Below are positions 20,518 through 31,375 of a stretch of DNA of 64,000 bases, one piece after another; position 1 is the stretch's first letter, and the number at the start of each line of letters is the position of its first letter. This DNA comes from an uncultured cyanobacterium (GTDB taxonomy: Bacteria; Cyanobacteriota; Cyanobacteriia; PCC-9006; JAAUQQ01). The stretch is taken from contig OY970368.1 in NCBI GenBank assembly GCA_963718615.1, positions 288,001-352,000 of the forward strand, in the 5' to 3' direction. The position numbers were made by a program, and so were the translations under genes. The notes beneath the pieces were generated by a model, which searched no databases, was not told where the DNA came from, and saw only the letters and a program-made list of their open reading frames with translations.

Positions 20518-21540
20518 ATGGATTTTGTGGGTATGAACCTCGTCGGCCTCGAAAATATCCTCGACAATGTCTCCTTCGCGATTCTGTTCGCCACGCTCCT
20601 GGTGTACTGGGTGGGTGCGGCTTTTCCGAAACTGCCCTGGCTCAGTGGTTTGGGGACAGCGGGGATGGCGATCGCCAATCTCACCATCGCTGCCCTCCTC
20701 GCCTGTCGCTGGATCGAAGCGGGCTATTTTCCCATCAGCAATCTCTACGAATCGCTATTTTTCCTCGCCTGGGGCATTACAACCATGCATCTTGTTGCCG
20801 AATGGATGAGCAAGAGCCGATTGGTCGGGGTTGTTACCGCTCCTGTGGCCATGGCGATTACAGCCTTTGCGGCGCTGACGCTCCCGGCGGATATGCGGGT
20901 AGCGGAGCCTTTAGTGCCAGCGCTGAAATCCAACTGGCTGATGATGCATGTCAGTGTCATGATGCTGAGCTATGCGACGCTGATGGTGGGGGCTTTGTTG
21001 GCGATCGCCTTCCTCATCGTCACCCGAGGTCAAGAAATCGAGCTGAGAGGCAGTTCCGTGGGAACCGGCGCATTTCGCAAGGGCGGTGTGGTGGTGCCCG
21101 ATCGGTCCGAGCAAATGACATCTGCCTTGGCTGCTGATGCTGAGCCTGCTGTTACCGGAGGCGTCGCAGTTCTACCTGCCCCGCCCCAAGTGGTTCAGCC
21201 AACGCTAACCCTGCAACGCCTAACCCTAGCTGACACGCTGGACAATATCAGCTACCGGATTATTGGTTTGGGATTTCCGCTGTTGACCATCGGCATTATC
21301 GCCGGAGCCGTCTGGGCGAACGAAGCCTGGGGATCTTACTGGAGCTGGGACCCGAAGGAAACCTGGGCACTGATTACTTGGCTGGTGTTTGCAGCCTATT
21401 TGCATTCTCGGATTACGAAGGGCTGGCAGGGGCGCAGACCGGCGCTACTGGCTTCGGCAGGCTTGGCCATCATTTGGGTTTGCTATCTCGGTGTAAACCT
21501 GCTGGGTAAGGGGTTGCACAGTTACGGATGGTTTTTATAA
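20518..21540 (+). CDS. ccsB: Cytochrome c biogenesis protein CcsB (CcsA-type, system II)
   Basis: [20 protein letters not shown] motif [25 protein letters not shown]. Confidence 0.97.
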   Translation: MDFVGMNLVGLENILDNVSFAILFATLLVYWVGAAFPKLPWLSGLGTAGMAIANLTIAALLACRWIEAGYFPISNLYESLFFLAWGITTMHLVAEWMSKSRLVGVVTAPVAMAITAFAALTLPADMRVAEPLVPALKSNWLMMHVSVMMLSYATLMVGALLAIAFLIVTRGQEIELRGSSVGTGAFRKGGVVVPDRSEQMTSALAADAEPAVTGGVAVLPAPPQVVQPTLTLQRLTLADTLDNISYRIIGLGFPLLTIGIIAGAVWANEAWGSYWSWDPKETWALITWLVFAAYLHSRITKGWQGRRPALLASAGLAIIWVCYLGVNLLGKGLHSYGWFL

Positions 21541-21582
21541 CGAACGGTCTTGATCAAGGCCAATTTGGGTAGGGGCTAAATC

Positions 21583-22230
21583 ATGCTCACGTCATCGTCG
21601 CTGCAAACTCCATTTTTAGGGCGTTGCGATCGCGTTCTCCTGCACAACATTAGCTGGGACCAGTTCGAGCACCTGCTCACCGACCTGGGCCAACCTCGTT
21701 CAGCCCGCTTGGCCTACGATGACGGAAGCCTGGAAATTATGACGCCCTTACCGGAGCACGAGTATTACAAAGAAATCTGGGGAGATGTCATCAAAGATAT
21801 TGCCGAGGTGCTTGACCAGGACTATGCCTGCTACGGGTCTGCGACCTGGCGCAAACGCGCGCAGCGAGCCGGTTTAGAACCGGATAATTGCTTTTACTTT
21901 GAGCATGAAGCAGTCGTGCGGGGTCAACTCGAAATTGATCTGGATGCAGCTCCCCCCCCGGACTTGGCCTTAGAGATTGACCTGACGAGCAAATCCTTGG
22001 GTCGATTACCAATCTATGCAAAGTTGGGCGTCCCGGAAATTTGGTGCTACGACAACGGTTTGTTGCTGATTCGGGTGTTGCAAAACGGGGCTTACCAAAC
22101 CGTTGAGCATAGCCTTACCTTTCCAAATCTGCCCCTTGCCGAACTGCCTGCGTTGATTGCTCAACACCGGGCCGGGGGCAACCGCGCCATCCGCAAAGCC
22201 GTTCGGGCCTGGGTGCGACAAGCCGGTTGA
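21583..22230 (+). CDS. Uma2 family endonuclease
   Basis: NISWDQFE, LEPDNCFY, PPPDLALEID, LGVPEIW. Confidence 0.93.
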   Translation: MLTSSSLQTPFLGRCDRVLLHNISWDQFEHLLTDLGQPRSARLAYDDGSLEIMTPLPEHEYYKEIWGDVIKDIAEVLDQDYACYGSATWRKRAQRAGLEPDNCFYFEHEAVVRGQLEIDLDAAPPPDLALEIDLTSKSLGRLPIYAKLGVPEIWCYDNGLLLIRVLQNGAYQTVEHSLTFPNLPLAELPALIAQHRAGGNRAIRKAVRAWVRQAG

Positions 22231-22283
22231 ACTGCTGTTGGCTTGAGTTTGTACTTATAGAGCCGGGTTACAGAGGATCAGGG

Positions 22284-23048
22284 TTAATAGGGGTTGACCT
22301 GCAGCCGTCCCCAACAGTGCAAGCGCTCCGACGTCAGTGTCAGCCCTTCCAGACAAACCTCCTCGCCCAGTTCCAAGGCCGGAATCACTAACGAATTGAG
22401 TTCAGCCATTAAGCCCTGGGGGGGAGCCTGAAGCCAGTGGAGCGATCGCACCCCCAATCGTCGACCCCCTTCGAGCTGCAGCTTAGCCTGGAGCAACAAC
22501 GGCTGCGGTTTGGCATGGTCCTCAAGCCAAAGCCCTTGGAGCTGAATTCCTTCCGGAACAAGCCCAAAATTGGGCTGTTCAATCCGTCCTGTCGGAACTT
22601 CCAGACTGCCGCCATCGCCCGCTGCCCCCACCAACAGCAGCGCCAGGGCCTGCAACCAGTCCTGAATCAAAGGCAATAACAGGGGCGACGAGAGCGACGC
22701 ATTCAAATCTTCTACCCGTAGACCCACCTTCGCTTGTACCGGGATCGGCTCCAGCAATTGCAGCGGCTGGCCCCGTAGGACCTGCCCCAAATTGACCCGA
22801 ATCATCCCCCCCGCAAGCTCAAGCTCACTGAGATGGAGCCCCTGGTAAACCGCCTGGGTCGCGCTAACCCGCAAGCCTGGAATCTGGCCCGAGAGAATTT
22901 GGCGATCGCCCCCTTCAATGTCCACCTCTAGGGTTTCGATGGATTCCACCTGCGATCGCAGCCACAACCGCAACGCAGGGCTGAGGACGGTACGAATTAT
23001 TTTGCTTTGACGTTCCATGGATCCAAACAAAAGGGTAAACCGGGGCAA
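22284..23048 (-). CDS. DUF2993 (LmeA-like) domain protein
   Basis: LSPALRLWLRSQVE...ILSG.IP...AVYQGL...IRVNLGQVLRGQPL.LLEPIPV, a conserved cyanobacterial pattern. Confidence 0.8.
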   Translation of the reverse strand: MPRFTLLFGSMERQSKIIRTVLSPALRLWLRSQVESIETLEVDIEGGDRQILSGQIPGLRVSATQAVYQGLHLSELELAGGMIRVNLGQVLRGQPLQLLEPIPVQAKVGLRVEDLNASLSSPLLLPLIQDWLQALALLLVGAAGDGGSLEVPTGRIEQPNFGLVPEGIQLQGLWLEDHAKPQPLLLQAKLQLEGGRRLGVRSLHWLQAPPQGLMAELNSLVIPALELGEEVCLEGLTLTSERLHCWGRLQVNPY

Positions 23049-23332
23049 TCAGGATAGGACGGGCCAAGCTGCACGCCACGCCTAAGCCTATCTCAATTTT
23101 CAAATATCTTAAAACCCTGACAAGCCTGATCCCAGGATCCCCTTAAATGTCATGAAATCTTGATATTAAGATCTGTAAAAGCTTCTGCTTTCGTGAAAGC
23201 CCCTTTAAAACTTGTTTTTAGGGCTTGCGTCCTTTTGGCAAACTCGTCATTATGGGGATCAACTGTGATCCCCATATCAACTTCGGGATCAGTTTCAACA
23301 GTTTTGCTCAAAGGCTCTGAGGACTTTAAGTC

Positions 23333-24682
23333 GTGGTTAATGAACGTCCCCCTTTAGAAGAAATGACGCTGCGGCAATTGCGTCGGGTGGCGAGCGAGTA
23401 TCAAGTCTCTCGCTATAGCCGTCTCCGCAAGTCGGAGTTGCTGCAAGCCATCAAAGATGCCCAGCAAGCTCAAGACGTCGTGGCCGCACCTGTGGCGGCG
23501 ACCGCTGGCATACCAGGTTCGATCAAACCCGAGGAGGAACAAGAAACGGTGGAAGCAACCAAATTCGATGTGGGTCAGGGGCAGCCCGATGAAGTGTTTT
23601 TGGCAGATGTCGATGCCGATTTGCCTGAGCTGCCCGATGGCTATGGTCAGAGCCGCATCATGATTTTGCCGCGCGATCCCCAGTGGTCCTATGTGTACTG
23701 GGACGTGCCCAATGAGCATAAGGATGAGATGCGTCATCAGGGGGGTAACCAATTGGCGCTACGGCTGTACGATGTCACCAATATTGATATCAATGTCCGG
23801 GCACCCCACAGTATGCAGGAGTACCCCTGCGACGAGATGGCACGGGAGTGGTATTTGCCGATTCCGGTGAGCGATCGCTCCTACATCGTGGAGTTGGGCT
23901 ACCGTGCCATGGATGGCCGCTGGTTGACGTTGGTGCGATCGCCTCGGGTTCACATTCCGCCGGTTTATCCTTCGGACTGGGTGGAAGACCACTTTGTGAC
24001 GGTCAGTTGGGACGAAGATCTACGCGGCAAGACCGTCTTCGAATTGGTGCCACCGGGCTCGATTACCGCAACGGAGCAGGACGGAATCTATCAAGAAGTC
24101 TTTGGCATGGCCGAGACGACTGAAGCCATGCGCGTTGCAGGCTCGCTCTACGGCTCGATGCAGCATGTTCCGGGGTCGGGCGTAGAAGTTCCTGGCTCAG
24201 CTCAAATGGTCGTTCCGGGATCGGGCCAAATGGTACCGGGTTCGGCGCAGATGATCGAGAGCATCAGCTCCTTTGTCTTCCCCTCGGGAGTGGGTATGTG
24301 GGCGGCTCCGCTGCCCGGCGAATCGGCATTGTTCCCAACCAATTTCTCGGGTCTCACCATGTCCGGTGCAGGCATCGCGGCATCAATGCCGCCGCTTCGC
24401 AGCCCCCGCAAGTTCTGGCTGATTGCCGATGCGGAGCTGATTGTTTACGGCGCAACGGAGCCCGATGCAACGGTGACGATTGGCGGCAAGCCGATCAAGC
24501 TAAGTCCCGATGGGACGTTCCGCTTCCAGATGTCGTTCCAGGATGGGCTGATCGATTACCCGATTATGGCGGTGGCGGCAGATGGGGAGCAAACCCGTTC
24601 GATTCACATGAAGTTCGAGCGGGAAACCCCGTCCCGGCATACGAATACAAAGGAAGAAGCCCTCGAGGAATGGCTCGCCTAG
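23333..24682 (+). CDS. DUF4912 domain protein with Rho-N-like N-terminus
   Basis: LEEMTLRQLR.VAS, LPRDPQW.YVYWD, FWLIADAELIVYGATEP, internal VPGS repeats. Confidence 0.9.
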   Translation: MVNERPPLEEMTLRQLRRVASEYQVSRYSRLRKSELLQAIKDAQQAQDVVAAPVAATAGIPGSIKPEEEQETVEATKFDVGQGQPDEVFLADVDADLPELPDGYGQSRIMILPRDPQWSYVYWDVPNEHKDEMRHQGGNQLALRLYDVTNIDINVRAPHSMQEYPCDEMAREWYLPIPVSDRSYIVELGYRAMDGRWLTLVRSPRVHIPPVYPSDWVEDHFVTVSWDEDLRGKTVFELVPPGSITATEQDGIYQEVFGMAETTEAMRVAGSLYGSMQHVPGSGVEVPGSAQMVVPGSGQMVPGSAQMIESISSFVFPSGVGMWAAPLPGESALFPTNFSGLTMSGAGIAASMPPLRSPRKFWLIADAELIVYGATEPDATVTIGGKPIKLSPDGTFRFQMSFQDGLIDYPIMAVAADGEQTRSIHMKFERETPSRHTNTKEEALEEWLA

Positions 24683-24719
24683 AAACCGTTTGATTCCTCA
24701 TTCATCCCTAAATTCTGAG

Positions 24720-24753
24720 TCCCTCCAGTCTATGCGTCTGGGGGGATTTTTTT
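24720..24753 (+). terminator. Intrinsic terminator
   Basis: TCCCTCCAG/CTGGGGGGA stem followed by T7. Confidence 0.65.
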
Positions 24754-24761
24754 GTCCCGCA

Positions 24762-26312
24762 TCAGCTCACCTGTCGGTCAATGGTGCGATACTGAATCGC
24801 CTCGGCCACATGGTGCGTTTGCAAAGTTTCAGTCCCTTCCAGATCCGCGATCGTCCGGGCAACCTTCAAAATCCGATCGGTCCCCCGCGCCGACAACCCC
24901 AGCTTACGAATCGCCCCCTCCAAAATCATGCGGGTACTGTCATCAAAACTGCACCAGCGTCGCAAATGGCGGGTTTGCATTTCTGCGTTGCAAGCAATCG
25001 GTTCCCCCTGAAACCGCTGTTGAGCCAAACTACGGGCAGCTTGGACGCGATCGCGCACGCTCTCCGATGCCTCCCCCATCAACTGCGCCTGGGTCATCTC
25101 CTCTGGCTTGAGCCGATTCACCGCCACCTGCAAATCAATCCGATCCATCAGCGGTCCTGAAAGCTTCGCCCAATAGGCTTCTCGCTGACGGGGCGTACAG
25201 GTGCAGGGCTGAATTGTATCGCCAAAATAGCCACAGGCACAGGGATTAGTGCTCGCCACTAAAGTAAACTGCGCAGGAAACGACACCGACTGACGGGTGC
25301 GAGAGATGGTCACACAACCATCCTCTAGGGGCTGGCGCAGATATTCCAACACATCCCGTTTGAACTCTGTGAGTTCGTCCAAGAACAAAATCCCTCGGTG
25401 GGCCAGTGAAACTTCCCCTGGTCGCGGATAGCTGCCGCCGCCCACCAGCGAGGGGCCGGAGGCGGAATGATGGGGACTGCGGAAGGGGCGATCGCACACC
25501 AAACTCCCCCGTTCCTTGAGCAACCCACTCACCGAATAGAGCTGTGTCACCTCCAAGGCTTCCTCAAAACTCAGCGGCGGCAAAATTCCCGGCAATCGCC
25601 GCGCCAACATGGTTTTACCACTCCCCGGTGGACCCACAAACACGAGATTATGGCCTCCCGCTGCTGCAATTTCCAGAGCTCGACGGGCATGGGCTTGACC
25701 TTTGACATCCTTGAGATTGAGCTGAAACCGAGTGGAACGCTGCAGCAAATCCGCGCCCTGGGTCGGGATTGGGGTGGCGTGGTCAGGGTTATTCAAAAAA
25801 TTGCCGACTTCGCTTAAATGCTTAAAACCATAGACCTTGAGTCCGGCCACTAGCGCCGCTTCTTCCGCATTGTCCACCGGAACGACGAGGGCTTTAATGC
25901 CCATGGCTTGGGCAGCAGCGGCAATGGGGAGAACCCCGGCGATCGCCCGCAAGCTGCCATCCAGCGAAAGCTCTCCCAAAAACAAATGGTCATCCAACAG
26001 TACCGGGCTTATCTGCTCCGAAGCTGCCAAGACACCGATGCTAATGGGCAAATCAAAGCTCGGTCCCTCTTTACGCAAATCCGCAGGGGTCAAATTCACA
26101 ACCACCCGCCGCATCGGCACCGCGTAGCCCGAATTTTTCAGGGCAGCCTTGACCCGCTCCCGCGCTTCCTGAACGGCTGAATCCGGTAATCCCACGACGG
26201 TAATGCCGGGCAATCCGCCGGAAACATCCACTTCGACGCCCACTTTCACCGCATCAATTCCAACGAGCGCAGCGCTCCAAATCCTTGCCAGCATACCGAT
26301 CGCTCCAATCAA
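24762..26312 (-). CDS. comM: YifB/ComM Mg-chelatase-like AAA ATPase
   Basis: VGLPDSAVQEARERV, GPPGSGKT, PFRSPHHS, LFLDEL, NPCACG. Confidence 0.93.
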   Translation of the reverse strand: MIGAIGMLARIWSAALVGIDAVKVGVEVDVSGGLPGITVVGLPDSAVQEARERVKAALKNSGYAVPMRRVVVNLTPADLRKEGPSFDLPISIGVLAASEQISPVLLDDHLFLGELSLDGSLRAIAGVLPIAAAAQAMGIKALVVPVDNAEEAALVAGLKVYGFKHLSEVGNFLNNPDHATPIPTQGADLLQRSTRFQLNLKDVKGQAHARRALEIAAAGGHNLVFVGPPGSGKTMLARRLPGILPPLSFEEALEVTQLYSVSGLLKERGSLVCDRPFRSPHHSASGPSLVGGGSYPRPGEVSLAHRGILFLDELTEFKRDVLEYLRQPLEDGCVTISRTRQSVSFPAQFTLVASTNPCACGYFGDTIQPCTCTPRQREAYWAKLSGPLMDRIDLQVAVNRLKPEEMTQAQLMGEASESVRDRVQAARSLAQQRFQGEPIACNAEMQTRHLRRWCSFDDSTRMILEGAIRKLGLSARGTDRILKVARTIADLEGTETLQTHHVAEAIQYRTIDRQVS

Positions 26313-26504
26313 CCGCCTTCATTAGCGAGACTTGAAAGACGCAATGACTCGGGTTCATGACTCTGATTTAGAGTGCCCAGGGTCTAGAGGGTTGCGACTC
26401 CTGGGAATATCGGATATTCCACCCTCGTCATCTCCGGATTCTTTGGGCATTCTGGAGAGAAAGGAATTGTTCCGTTAATCCCCGACGATCCAGAGGTCTG
26501 CCCC

Positions 26505-26675
26505 ATGACGACTGAAACGCAATCGCTCCAGAATAGCCTCTCTAAAACTGAAGCCCAGCAATTGGCTGCAAGAATCTGGATGCAAAAGTCAAAGCCCCAG
26601 GGGCCGACCTGTGAATGGCCCCGGTGGAAGGGGGGGGATCCGGGCGATCGCTGGCCTACAATAACACTGCAATAA
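26505..26675 (+). CDS. Putative small protein (56 aa), below the ORF-track cutoff
   Basis: AGAGG RBS-like motif 8 nt before ATG. MTTETQSLQNSLSKTEAQQLAARIWMQKSKPQGPTCEWPRWKGG...; contains a HIP1 site. Confidence 0.35.
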   Translation: MTTETQSLQNSLSKTEAQQLAARIWMQKSKPQGPTCEWPRWKGGDPGDRWPTITLQ

Positions 26676-27161
26676 GAAAGTTTATAAACCAAAGAATTAT
26701 TAAAATCTCCGTATCTTACGAGACTTTAGCTGAATGGCTCTCCAGTCATACTCAGCAAGCTTATCCATGCTTAGCTGCTCTAGCCAGCACAACGTTGAGA
26801 TGCAAAATACTTTGTAGATTCAATACTTATTGAGCGTTGATAAGTTTTTTTGGAACAGAAGTTCGGCAGTCAAGGTAGAGTTTCAGAATTATTAAATACA
26901 TAAGGGAAAATACTTGATTCGTCGTTCACTTTAATACTCGATCAAAGGAAGGCGATTATTTTGAATGCCATCCTTTGACCCAAAATTGTACCTAGAAACT
27001 ACATTTTTCAGAAAAGAATGTCATAATCATTGGGGATTACGCCGGGTTTGCACCGGCTGTTTTGAACAACGAAATTATTCAGCGGCACTGTCAAGGGCAC
27101 AGGATTAGAATCCGTTTTTGCTCTCTTGTCCTTGCTGCTCCTATCTCAAACTCTCAAAGAT

Positions 27162-28268
27162 ATGTCTTTGAAGCTTCATCCTTTATCTGGTGGATCGTCT
27201 CGGAATCTGATAAGCCGAGGGCTAGCCTATGGCGTGGACTTAAAATATCTTCCCCGATTTTTATCGACCTTGGGCTTTAGTCTCGCAGGTGCACCCACAA
27301 GGATGGTTCAAAAAGCCAGATTTAATTCTCAGATCCATGCTTTTTCACTGAAAGAAGACCCTGTCTTCATCGTTGGCCATTGGAGAAGTGGTACAACGTA
27401 TCTACATCATTTGATGAGCCAAGATAAGCGTTTTAGTTATGTGTCTTCTTATCAAGCAGCAGTTCCTGAGCTCTTTCTAGCGGATACACCTTCAACTCGT
27501 TCCATTGTTGCAGAAAATTTGCCTCAAAAAAGGCCAATGGATAATATTGAGTTGTCTCTGCAAAAGCCGGAGGAGGAAGAAGTCTTAATGGCAAATACTT
27601 CTCCCTATAGCTTTATTCATACCTTTTCCTTTCCTAAAAAAGCTAGACAGATCTTTAATAACTCTATTTTATTTCAAGATCTTACAGAAAAAGAATTGCG
27701 CTCTTGGAGTGAGGCCTATCTTCGTGCCATCAAAATTGCTTGTATAGGGATGCAGGCAGCTCGTCCTTTACTGAAAAGTCCTGGAAATACCGCACGAATT
27801 AGACTTCTATTAAAACTCTTTCCTAATGCCAAATTTGTTCATATCTACCGAAATCCTTATACTGTTTTTACTTCCACAGTGTATGCCTATCTAAAGCTGA
27901 TGGAAGTCTGGCAATTTCAAGATATTAGCCTAGCAGAGGTTGAAGAAAATGTTCTCTATGCATATGAAAAGGTAATGCAGCGATTCTTTGAAGACAAATC
28001 TTTGATTTTGCCGTCTAACTTAATTGAAATTCGATACGAGTCTTTTGAGCAGGATCAATTAAACACCTTAGAAGAAATTTACGCCCATCTCGGGCTATCT
28101 AATTTCAACGATTGGAAACATCAATTTAAAGAATACATCGATAGTTGTGCTCAATATCAAAAAAATGACTATGCACTGGATGCAGACGTTGTTACCAAAA
28201 TTCGTTCCCGGTGGGGTTTCGCAATTGAGCGATGGAACTATGAACCCCCTCACCTGCAAAATTGCTGA
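27162..28268 (+). CDS. PAPS-dependent sulfotransferase family protein
   Basis: PVFIVGHWRSGTTYLH 5'-PSB loop, RPMDN, LLKSP.NTARI, FVHIYRNP 3'-PB motif. Confidence 0.93.
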   Translation: MSLKLHPLSGGSSRNLISRGLAYGVDLKYLPRFLSTLGFSLAGAPTRMVQKARFNSQIHAFSLKEDPVFIVGHWRSGTTYLHHLMSQDKRFSYVSSYQAAVPELFLADTPSTRSIVAENLPQKRPMDNIELSLQKPEEEEVLMANTSPYSFIHTFSFPKKARQIFNNSILFQDLTEKELRSWSEAYLRAIKIACIGMQAARPLLKSPGNTARIRLLLKLFPNAKFVHIYRNPYTVFTSTVYAYLKLMEVWQFQDISLAEVEENVLYAYEKVMQRFFEDKSLILPSNLIEIRYESFEQDQLNTLEEIYAHLGLSNFNDWKHQFKEYIDSCAQYQKNDYALDADVVTKIRSRWGFAIERWNYEPPHLQNC

Positions 28269-28321
28269 GCATAACCGATTGTTCTCTTAAATAGAATTTA
28301 TTCAGACAGGGTTGATTCAAG

Positions 28322-28879
28322 ATGAGCTATTGGAGTTCAGTTTTACTCGCTGCCTTCCTATTAGGAATTACTTCTGCGGTTTGGGCCACCAGGCATTTTT
28401 TTTCTTCCCCACTCAAAAATGGCCCCTGGTTTTATGATCCATTGATTGGTAGTACTGCGGCTAATCCATATTTACGAGCCACCATTGCAAGGGTAGGTCT
28501 GCTTGCACTCAATCAATTCGAAGCACTCTATCTTATTGCCCAGCAAGATAGCGATGGCAATCCGCTCCGTGGTGACGCCAGTTATCGGATTGAGGGACAA
28601 AGTTTGCCCGCACGGTGGTGGAGTATTACAGCCTATGGTCCTGACTGCTTCCTGATCCCCAACGAGCTTGATCGTTATTCCTATAATATGAGCGATGTTC
28701 AATGGAATGCTGACGGGAGTTATGTGATTCATGTTTCTCCTAATCCAAAAGCAGGAAATTGGATTCCGGTGGATAAGGTGAAAAATTTTGATTTAACGCT
28801 TAGGCTCTACAATCCAGCACCGTTTATTTTAGAAAGCTTTAGTAGTCTCCTTTTACCACAAATTATCAGGGAAGGATAA
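28322..28879 (+). CDS. DUF1214 domain protein with N-terminal signal/TM
   Basis: EALY...DSDGNPL.G..SYRI, WWSITAY, GNWIP, LTLRLYNP. Confidence 0.88.
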   Translation: MSYWSSVLLAAFLLGITSAVWATRHFFSSPLKNGPWFYDPLIGSTAANPYLRATIARVGLLALNQFEALYLIAQQDSDGNPLRGDASYRIEGQSLPARWWSITAYGPDCFLIPNELDRYSYNMSDVQWNADGSYVIHVSPNPKAGNWIPVDKVKNFDLTLRLYNPAPFILESFSSLLLPQIIREG

Positions 28880-28883
28880 AGGT

Positions 28884-29528
28884 ATGAGTTACTCCTTGGG
28901 CAGTCTAGTTTTTGGAATTCTATTCACGATTGCTTTAGCCAGCATTATTCATTATGGCTTTATTCTGGTTTATCCATACTTAGTCATGTCCGTTGCCATG
29001 CGGAAGGGCGTGAGAATGTTGGGTAAAAATACAATTACCCATGGCACAAGACCAACTTCAGAATTTCGCGATATTGTTCGCCCAAGTCCCGATTTAATTT
29101 ATTCGGGTTGTGTATTTGATTTGTCTACAGGCCCACTTCGCATTCACTCAGTTGTTCCACTGACGTACATGTCGCTTTCTATGTATGCAGATAATACAGA
29201 CAACTTTTTTAGGATTAACGATCTTGAAATCGATGATCCAGAGCTAGATCTAATTTTGATTGGACCGAATGACTCTAAATTAGAAGCACTAAAGGATTTT
29301 GAGGAAAGCTCTACCCTTGTGGTTCAATCCCCTAGTAAGACTGGCATCATGCTTTTCCGTTATTTTTATGGCGATGGAGCCAATGCTCAGACTATTGAGG
29401 CAGTGCGGCAGCAGACAACACTGACCGCTCATAATGTCAGCAATCAAGAGCTGCCTTCTCGGTTACCGTCTGGCATTCTGAGAGGGTCTCGTCTTCCAAT
29501 TCCAACACAGGTCCGGATTCGAAAATAA
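28884..29528 (+). CDS. DUF1254 domain protein with N-terminal TM
   Basis: RPSPDLIYS.C.FDLS.GP, YMSLSMY...TDNFF.IND, SPSKTG...R. Confidence 0.82.
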   Translation: MSYSLGSLVFGILFTIALASIIHYGFILVYPYLVMSVAMRKGVRMLGKNTITHGTRPTSEFRDIVRPSPDLIYSGCVFDLSTGPLRIHSVVPLTYMSLSMYADNTDNFFRINDLEIDDPELDLILIGPNDSKLEALKDFEESSTLVVQSPSKTGIMLFRYFYGDGANAQTIEAVRQQTTLTAHNVSNQELPSRLPSGILRGSRLPIPTQVRIRK

Positions 29529-30460
29529 AGCATTGCACTTCTTCAAGCTTTTCATCTCTTACTTGTATTTCAAACACTCGGTGCCAAAGTTGCGATACTC
29601 TAGTTAGCTGAGATGTTTCGGAAGGACAATTTTGTCTGACGGGGCGACAGAAAGAGCAGTAATGCGTTCGGTGTATGGGTTGTAGTGGTCTAAAGTAAAA
29701 AAAGATAGGCCAGTGAGATGAAGCACGGCCTACCCAACAAAAAGATGACCCTATCCTATCAAACTTGCCTGGAAACGCAGATAGGGAAAAAGTCAGCTCT
29801 GCTGGTTTCGCTGCTGGTAGTAGTGCTACAAAGTATTCGCGATGTCCGATTAGAAGTGGTGGCCGAAGCGCTACCGTTTCCGATTCTGTTCGAGAGTCGC
29901 CGAAAAAAATCCAACGACTGCTCTCACAAGAGAAATTTACGGTGAGGGGGCTGTGGTTCGCTTACCTAAAGCAGTGGCTAGAGGAGCATTGCCAAAAGGG
30001 AGAGCGGGTTCACATCGCCATCGACCGCACAAGTTGGGGAACGGTGAATCTGCTGGTAGTGAGCCTGATTTGGAACAAACGTGGGATTCCCTTGTACTGG
30101 GAATTGCTCGACAAGCTGGGAAGTACGAGTTGGGAAGAACAGCGCGATGCCCTCTCCAAAGTCCTTCCCCTGCTGAAGGACCATCGTGTGGTGGTGCTGG
30201 GGGACCGAGAATTCTGTAGTGTCAAGCTGGGTCGATGGCTCAATGAGCAAGAGTGCTACTTCTGTCTACGCCTAAAGTGCAACACCAATATTAGGGAAGC
30301 CCAGCAGGCTTGGCGTGAGCTCGCAGCCTTGGGTCTGACCCCAGGAACGAGTCTCTATCAAGTGTCAAGACATTTGCCTGTCGCGACAATTAGAAGGCGG
30401 GGAGCCCACTGAATTGGCAAAAGGAAATGAGAAGCGGCAATCTCAGGTCAAGACGACAAT

Positions 30461-31375
30461 CTAAGATCGCTTCTGGTGTGTCGATGTTTGGGAGTCAGAT
30501 TCAGAGGATTTTGCCGGGAGTGCCTTCAAGTTCTCAGAGCGCTGGTGAGCGGAGCGTTTACGAAAACTGTCCGCCTTGATTTCGAGAATGACCGCATGGT
30601 GAATGAGGCGGTCAACGGCGGCGACGGTCATCATGGAATCACCAAAGATGGAGTTCCACTCACTGAACGGCTGATTGGCAGTGACCATGATGCTTTTGCG
30701 CTCATAGCGATAGGCAATGAGTTCAAAGAGAACGGAGGTTTCTGCCTCGGATTTTTGGACATAGCCGAGGTCATCAATGATCACGAGGTCAAAGCGGTCG
30801 AGCTTTTTCAGGGCAGGCTGAAGCTGGAGATGAAGCTTTTCTTTTTGGAGATACTGCACCAGGGTGGTGGCACAGAAGAATTTGACGCGCTTGCCCGCTT
30901 CCAGGGCGGCACGAGCGATGCCAGCGGCCAGATGGGTTTTGCCGACCCCAGAAGGTCCGAAGAAGAGACAGTTTTGGGCGTCATCAATCCACTGGGGTTC
31001 AGTGGCGAGTTTTTGAATCGGGAGAGGGTTAACCAGGGGCAGGTGTGTCCAATCGAAATTGGAAACCGTTTTGGCGTTGGGCAGTTGAGCTTCGGTGATG
31101 GCTCTTTGGAGGCGCAAAGCCTTGCGGCGGTCTGTTTCGAGTTGGCACAGGGCCAAGAGAAATTGCGCGTAGGACCAGGTCTCTCGCATGGCTTGCTGCT
31201 CCAAGGTCTCCCAGTGGTTGAGCATATGGGATAAGCGCAGGTGCTTGAGCTGAGCGCTGAGGCTTTGGTAAGGGCTCAGCTCCGGTTGAGACGAGCTCTG
31301 GTTCTGCATCTGGGATGACGCTGCTGTGGGTGAACAGAAGGGCATCGTAGTCGTTGAGGTCATGTTGTTGGACAT
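30461..31375 (-). CDS. istB: IS21 helper ATPase IstB
   Basis: GPSGVGKTHLA, IIDDLGY, AAVDRLIHHA. The true start is probably downstream of the ORF start. Confidence 0.95.
   Translation of the reverse strand: MSNNMTSTTTMPFCSPTAASSQMQNQSSSQPELSPYQSLSAQLKHLRLSHMLNHWETLEQQAMRETWSYAQFLLALCQLETDRRKALRLQRAITEAQLPNAKTVSNFDWTHLPLVNPLPIQKLATEPQWIDDAQNCLFFGPSGVGKTHLAAGIARAALEAGKRVKFFCATTLVQYLQKEKLHLQLQPALKKLDRFDLVIIDDLGYVQKSEAETSVLFELIAYRYERKSIMVTANQPFSEWNSIFGDSMMTVAAVDRLIHHAVILEIKADSFRKRSAHQRSENLKALPAKSSESDSQTSTHQKRS

Noticed and set aside
31029-31375. Long istA/istB overlap as a possible frameshift
   Set aside because: Both ORFs are intact, and overlap at this junction is common in IS21 elements.
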